DNA from: Sminthopsis crassicaudata
Taxonomy: Eukaryota
Reading direction: 5' to 3'
Assembly: GCF_048593235.1 (NCBI RefSeq)
Contig: NC_133619.1
Location: 165,678,454-165,742,453, forward strand
Length of the DNA: 64,000 nt
A model generated the notes under the pieces. That model was not told the origin of the DNA and did not search any database. It was given only the letters and a program-made list of their open reading frames with translations. Numbering within the stretch: the stretch's first letter is position 1; each line of letters begins with the position of its first letter. Below, piece by piece: positions 58,066 to 64,000 of this stretch. A program made the position numbers and the translations under genes.

Positions 58066-60801
58066 TCAGATCAAGTAACAATTTTCTTCCTGCAAATTAC
58101 CCTCTTTCAAAGAATTGGTCACCCAAAGGTCTTGTAAGATTTTATATTTTTTCTTAAGAGTCCTACGAAAAGCTTTAAATTCCTCAACACGACTGTGATC
58201 TTCCCCAATGATTACATGGGACACTCCTTCTTCTAAACATGAAATAACCTGTGCCCCATAAAATCGCAGTTCCAGAGCTTTAATAGACAGCCTGGTTCCC
58301 TGGATTTGTGTTGTGAGATCATTAATAACAGCATACATATCCACATATATGACACATTGTCGGAACATACTAAGAGGGCTATTGTCCCAAGAATAACGAT
58401 ACTCCAAATCTGTAATTACTGGAGACATTTCTTTAGGACTATTCTCCTTAACATTTTTAATTCTTGAGAATACTTCCTTCAGTTGTAGCAGATCTGTATC
58501 AGCAAAGTAACTGTCCCCATAGCAATCATATTCACAGGCAAAATGTTCTTTTGTGGATGGACACATGTGAATCATAAAGCAAGGCTGCCATGGAACATGC
58601 TCTTTGGCTTTAAAACATTCTAAGAGCCATTCTGCCTTTACCACATCATGCTTGTTTGAAGAGATGATATTTTTCACTCTCACATTTTCAGTACCTGCAA
58701 TTATACAATATGTGTATGGGCCAGGGTTCTGTACAATATAACCACCTAATTCCGCTATGCAATTTTCCAGATCGGGTTTTGAATGGCTGTCTGTTCCACT
58801 CATAACACAAAATTCCACATCTTCAAATACATTTGAAATTTTATTTATGTTTGAAAGATCAGGAGCCTTTAAGTGCTCAATAATTGTAAAAGCTTTCTTA
58901 ACCTTAACAGCTTTTCGTTTTTTTTCCTGTGGTTCTTCATCATCACCAGCTATAAAAAGGTGTTTAGTAGCAAGCTTTCCAGATGCTTTTCCTCTAAGGT
59001 TTTCTAATTCATTCAGAGTCATACACTCATACCACTCTTTATCTTCTCTTATCTTTTCAATGCGAGGGAAGCGTAGTGTACAATCAGTTTTATACATATC
59101 GCTGCTGACAATTTCTGCTGCTTTAATTTGAACAATGACAGAATTACAAGGCTCGATATAAACTTCTGGTTTCTCTGTACCACACAAGATACTATTTGGT
59201 GGACTTCTTTTATGAAAAGGTTTCCAGTGTTTGGATAATTTCAAACCAAGGTCATATAGTTCTTTCATAGTGTATCCAGAACCCACACGACAAAGAGTAT
59301 GAAATACAGAAGGTTTTTCACCAGGAGGGGGTGTTTCTGCTACTGCACACAAAAAATGAGACATCATTCCTCCTCGAGAACCTTTACCCCAATAACCACC
59401 AACAATTAAAATGTCCAATTCATCCATTAACCTATTTATATACTCTGGCTTAATTTTTAACCATCCTTCACCACGTTTATCTGGTTTGTAAATGGAAAAT
59501 GGATTTTTAATCACAATTCCCTCCTCACGTTTATCTATTGCTTCATTTAAGGCATCAATGACTTCTTTTTTAGTGTTAGCCTCTGTTTTTTGTACCACTT
59601 CTAGTCTACCTTTTATTGGTGTAAAAACACTATCAATAATTTCATACCTTTTTCTCAAGGTCTCATGTCCCAGTTTTTTATTATTGACCATTAGCACATC
59701 AAAAACACAATAACATGTCTGTAGTTCAGAATCTTCTACCATTTTTTTAATATCAAACTTACTTCCCTTCTGCATGAATGTTTGTGTGTTGGGATTATAG
59801 GCCATCATCTCGCCATCAAGAATACAGTTCTGTATGTTCATTTTGAATGCATTATGAATAAATGGTGTTAAAGAACCTTGAAGGGAAGAGTCACCAAATT
59901 GTTCGGTGTAATCATATCCATTTCGAGAAAAGAACTTATATACATCTCCATCTTTGTGCATTTGCATACGCTCACCATCTAGTTTTGTCTCTATATAGAA
60001 ACTCTGATGTTTCATGTCCTTTTCAATTCGCTGAATATCTGCCACAGCAGCCAGCATTGGTTTAAAAGCAGAAAATAATGTAATTGAAATATCACTGAGT
60101 CCAACTGAAGGATCATGAAGTTCCCTGCACACTTTTTCTAGATCAGTTGTAACATTATGCAACTCAGCAGCATCTCTGTGAAAAAGAGAAAATACAGTAT
60201 GTTGGCTAAAACCAAGTTTTAAGTCTTTTATAATCATTCGGATAAGCCATTTTTGTTCAAGAGCTGAACTCTGAGTTATGAGCTGAAGAAGGTTCTTCTT
60301 TACCAGATCCTTTCTATTAGCTGACTTGCTGCTAGCAATCAAGTCTAAAACATCATTGACTTGCTGTATGGTTAAGCTCCCTTGCTGTGGACACCGGGGC
60401 TTCAATACAAAATATGCAATCATTGCAAAGTCTCCAGCATCTCCACGAGTTCCAGTTGGTGTTCTGTAATTTAAAAGTTTCTGAGCATCTTTTCCTTCTT
60501 TTGGTAAATTAAGCAGCTCAATATAAAGTTTAGCAAACATGGTTTCTTTAATTCCATAGGCCATCCTTTCTCGTTCCAGTTGTGGAAGAATAAGTCTCAT
60601 GGCTGGATAAAAAGAGTCTGTGACTTCTTTTTCATTTTTATGAATAGCATCATGAAATTTCCGCCATGAATCTAAAAATTCCTTAAAGTATTTGATTTTG
60701 TCTGGACGGGATTTACTTTTTTGTATTCGTTCTAAAGTTGAACATAAATCTGCAAAAGGCACCTGTGATGCTACTGTTCGGGAAGGTTGTGAAGTGGCCA
60801 T
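58066..60801 (-). CDS. LIG4: DNA ligase IV, 911 aa, single coding exon
   Basis: N-terminus [28 protein letters not shown]; adenylation motif ETKLDGER; EGIVIK; WLKIKPEY; OB fold LRFPR; two BRCT domains; same length and one-exon layout as human LIG4. Confidence 0.99.
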   Translation of the reverse strand: MATSQPSRTVASQVPFADLCSTLERIQKSKSRPDKIKYFKEFLDSWRKFHDAIHKNEKEVTDSFYPAMRLILPQLERERMAYGIKETMFAKLYIELLNLPKEGKDAQKLLNYRTPTGTRGDAGDFAMIAYFVLKPRCPQQGSLTIQQVNDVLDLIASSKSANRKDLVKKNLLQLITQSSALEQKWLIRMIIKDLKLGFSQHTVFSLFHRDAAELHNVTTDLEKVCRELHDPSVGLSDISITLFSAFKPMLAAVADIQRIEKDMKHQSFYIETKLDGERMQMHKDGDVYKFFSRNGYDYTEQFGDSSLQGSLTPFIHNAFKMNIQNCILDGEMMAYNPNTQTFMQKGSKFDIKKMVEDSELQTCYCVFDVLMVNNKKLGHETLRKRYEIIDSVFTPIKGRLEVVQKTEANTKKEVIDALNEAIDKREEGIVIKNPFSIYKPDKRGEGWLKIKPEYINRLMDELDILIVGGYWGKGSRGGMMSHFLCAVAETPPPGEKPSVFHTLCRVGSGYTMKELYDLGLKLSKHWKPFHKRSPPNSILCGTEKPEVYIEPCNSVIVQIKAAEIVSSDMYKTDCTLRFPRIEKIREDKEWYECMTLNELENLRGKASGKLATKHLFIAGDDEEPQEKKRKAVKVKKAFTIIEHLKAPDLSNINKISNVFEDVEFCVMSGTDSHSKPDLENCIAELGGYIVQNPGPYTYCIIAGTENVRVKNIISSNKHDVVKAEWLLECFKAKEHVPWQPCFMIHMCPSTKEHFACEYDCYGDSYFADTDLLQLKEVFSRIKNVKENSPKEMSPVITDLEYRYSWDNSPLSMFRQCVIYVDMYAVINDLTTQIQGTRLSIKALELRFYGAQVISCLEEGVSHVIIGEDHSRVEEFKAFRRTLKKKYKILQDLWVTNSLKEGNLQEENCYLI

Positions 60802-60829
60802 TACAAAGTTAACAAATCCCTTGATTTAC

Positions 60830-60850
60830 CTATGGGGACAAAAACATAGT
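60830..60850 (-). promoter_or_regulatory. splice acceptor of the LIG4 coding exon
   Basis: Minus strand ttttgtccccatag|GTAAATC... 28 nt upstream of the ATG; upstream non-coding exon(s) not identified in the window. Confidence 0.7.
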
Positions 60851-61959
60851 TTTAAGAAGATAAAATCAGGCTATATGTTCATTACAGGTTCAACATCATG
60901 AGATTTCTTATTGTTCCTAGCAGTCAAGCCTATGTCATCAGTTGTTTCAATTTTAAACATCATAAACAAGTGTATATGTAGAGAGCCAGCTATAAGCCTT
61001 GCCAGAAGGACTGGTTGGTGATTTCATATATTTTGACAGAATTATAGTCACAATGTCATTATTCTTTTAAACTACAGCTGATTTTATATATATATGTTTT
61101 ATTAAATTACTTTTCTTTTTAATATACATTGATGGCATTCTTTCAAACTAATTTGTCTTCTCAATGTCAGTCATGAGATCTTTCTATTTTCATAAGAAAT
61201 CCATGACATTACATCCAAGATATTTTTCAAGATCTTAAAGGTGTTTTCAAATCTCTCATTCAACAAGCATTAAGTGACTACTGTGTACCAGACACTTGGA
61301 TACAAAGACAAAAATTAAACTTTTTTCTCAAGAAGTTTACATTTGTGGGGAGAGATAATATGTACACATGCTAGTATATATAAAATATATACAAAAGAAA
61401 TACAAACTAAATTTGTGGGAGGTTGAGAAAAACTAGCAGCTGGGAGATCTGGAAAGGCTTCAGAGGACTCAAAATTTGGGCTGAGCTTTGAAGGCAATTA
61501 GAGATAACAGTGGAAAGCAGACCAGGCATGAAGGAAAAATGGGGGAGGAATTTAATGTTGTGTGAAAGACTGCAAGAAGGGCAGTGTGGCTGGAGTATAT
61601 ATAAAGAGGAGTAACATCTAACAGGATTGGAAGTAGAACTTGAAGTAGGGTTTGGAACAATTTTAAAGTTAAACAGTGGAGTCTTATATTTGATTCTAGA
61701 GATTATAGAGAGCCACTAGAGTTTGAGTATGAGAATATCACATTCAGATCTGCATTCTGGGAATAATTTAGAAGCTTTATGGAGAAAGATGATATTGAGG
61801 ATAGACTCAACTATAGAAGGTCAATGCAGCAATACAAGAAAGATATTATGAAGGCATAACTTGATAATAGTGTGTTGTTTTTTTTTTTAGTAGAGAAAAA
61901 AGATAGATGCAAGAGAACTAATTAGGGCAAAATAAGATTTAATCAGAGATAAGAATAGA

Positions 61960-64000
61960 TATGTACACTATCACCATTACTATTCAATATTGTATTAGAA
62001 ATGCTAGCCTCGGCAATAAGAGTCGAGAAATAGAATAAAAGGAATTAGAGTAGGTAATGAGAAAACCAAACTATGACTCTTTGCAGATGATATGATGGTA
62101 TACTTAGAGAACCCCAGAGATTCCACTAAAAAACTATTAGAAATAATTCATAACTTTAGCAAAGTTGCAGGATACAAAATAAATCCACATAAATCCTCAG
62201 CATTTTTATGCATCACCAACAAAATCCAATAGCAAGAGATACAAAGAGAAATTCCAATTAAAATAACTGTCGATAGCATAAAATATTTGGGAGTCTATCT
62301 ACCAAAGGAAAGTCAGGAATTATAGGAGCAAAATTCACTTGCCACAAAAATAAAATCAGTTCTAAATAATTGGAAAGACATTAAGTGCTCTTGGATAGGC
62401 CCAACGAATATAATCAAGATGACATTACTCCCTAAACTAATCTATTTATTTAGTGTTATACCAATCAGACTCCCAAGAAACTCTTTTAATGATCTAGAAA
62501 AAATAACAACAAAATTCATATGGAAGAACAAAAGGTCAAGAATTTCAAGGGAATTGATGAAAAAAAAATCAAATGAAGGTGGCCTAGCTGTACCTGATCT
62601 AAAACTATATTATAAAGTAGCAGTCACCAAAACCATTTGGTATAAGAAATAGACTAGTTGATTAGTGGAATATGTTAGGTTCACAGGACAAAATAGTGAA
62701 TAACTGTAACAATCTAGTGTTTGACAAACCCAAAGATCTTAACTTTTGGGATAAGAATTCATTATTTGACAAAAACTGCTGGGAAAACTGGAAATTAGTA
62801 TGGCAGAAACTAGGCATAGACCCACAGTTAACACCACATACCAAGAGAAGATCAAAATGGGTCCATGTTAGGCATAAAGAACGAAATCATAAATAAATTA
62901 GAGGAACATAGGATAGTTTATCTCTCAGACTTGTGGAGGAGGAAGGAATTTGTGACCAAAGGAGAACTAGAAATCATTATTGATCACAAAATAGAAAATT
63001 TTGATTACATCAAATTAAAAAGTTTTGTACAAACAAAATTAATGCAAGCAAGATTAGAAGGGAAGTAACAAACTGGAAAAATATTTTTACAGTTAGAGGT
63101 TTTGAGAAAGGCCTTATTTCCAAAATATATAAGAACTGATGCTAATCTGTAAGAAATCAAGCCATTCTCCAATTGATAAATGGTCAAAGGATATAAACAG
63201 ACAATTTTCAGATGACAAAATTGAAACTATTTTCCACTCATATGAAAGAGTGTTCCAAATCACTATTGATCCATGAAATGCAGATTAAGACAACTCTGAG
63301 ATACCACTATACACCTGTCAGATTGGCTAAGGATGACAGGAAAAAATAATGATGAATGTTGGAAGGACTGTGGAAAAACTGGGACACTGATACATTGTTG
63401 GTGGAATCGTGAAAGAATCCAACAATTCTGAAGATCAATCTGGAATTATGCCCAAAAAGTTATCAAACTGTGCATACCCTTTGATCCAGCAGTGCTACTA
63501 TTGGGCTTATCTCCCAAAGAAATACTAAAGAAGGGAAAGGGACCTGCATGTGCCAAAATGTTTGTGGCAGCTCTTTTTGTAGTGGCTAGAAACTGGAAGA
63601 TGAATGGATGCCCATCAATTGGAGAATGGTTGGGTAAATTATGGTATATGAATGTTATGAAATATTATTGTTCTGTAAGAAATGATCAGCAGGAGGAATA
63701 CAGAGAGGCTTGGAGAGACTTACATGAACTGATGCTGAGTGAAATGAGCAGAACTAGGAGATCATTATACACTTCAACAACGATACTGTATGAGGATGTA
63801 TTCTGATGGAATTGGATATCTTCAACAAAGAGAAGATCTAATTCAGTTCCAATTGATCAATGATGGACAGAATCAGCTATACTCAGAAAAGGAACACTGG
63901 GAAATGAGTGTAAACTGTATGCACTTTTGTTTTTCTTCCCAGGTTATTTTTACCATTTGAATCCAATTCTTCCTGTGTAACAAAAAATTCGGTTCTGCAC
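61960..64000 (+). mobile_element. degenerate 5'-truncated L1 (ORF2 RT to 3' UTR), antisense in the presumed LIG4 intron
   Basis: [44 protein letters not shown] remnants with stops and frameshifts; runs off the window. Confidence 0.92.

Noticed and set aside
58757-60901. Plus-strand ORFs overlapping LIG4 (58757, 59492, 59862, 60692)
   Set aside because: Antisense shadows of the LIG4 coding sequence with no independent support.

Overview
Eukaryotic, AT-rich, retroposon-dense DNA. The CORE-type SINEs, MAR1-like SINEs and L1 3' ends suggest a marsupial, probably dasyurid (inference). The right end holds an intact single-coding-exon LIG4 (58066-60801, minus, 911 aa). The left half (about 2.5-34.4 kb) is a cluster of intronless TRIM (B-box/coiled-coil/PRY-SPRY) genes. 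Its core is a head-to-tail array of five ~3988-bp units. Each unit carries a TATA box, an intact 396-aa ORF, an AATAAA and the same pre-amplification L1 insertion. The RING domain of every array copy survives only as a broken relic in the 5' leader (lost start codon, frameshifts, CxHxxC core deleted). The array copies differ at 20 residues but at only two purely silent codons (by-eye count). Two copies of a second, diverged TRIM type bracket the array: one reduced to coiled-coil+PRY-SPRY, one to PRY-SPRY only and lying just downstream of an inverted pair of solo LTRs. Decayed relics of further units are also visible. The 34.4-58 kb interval is ordinary intergenic repeat DNA. All alignments and counts were done by eye; no searches were run.
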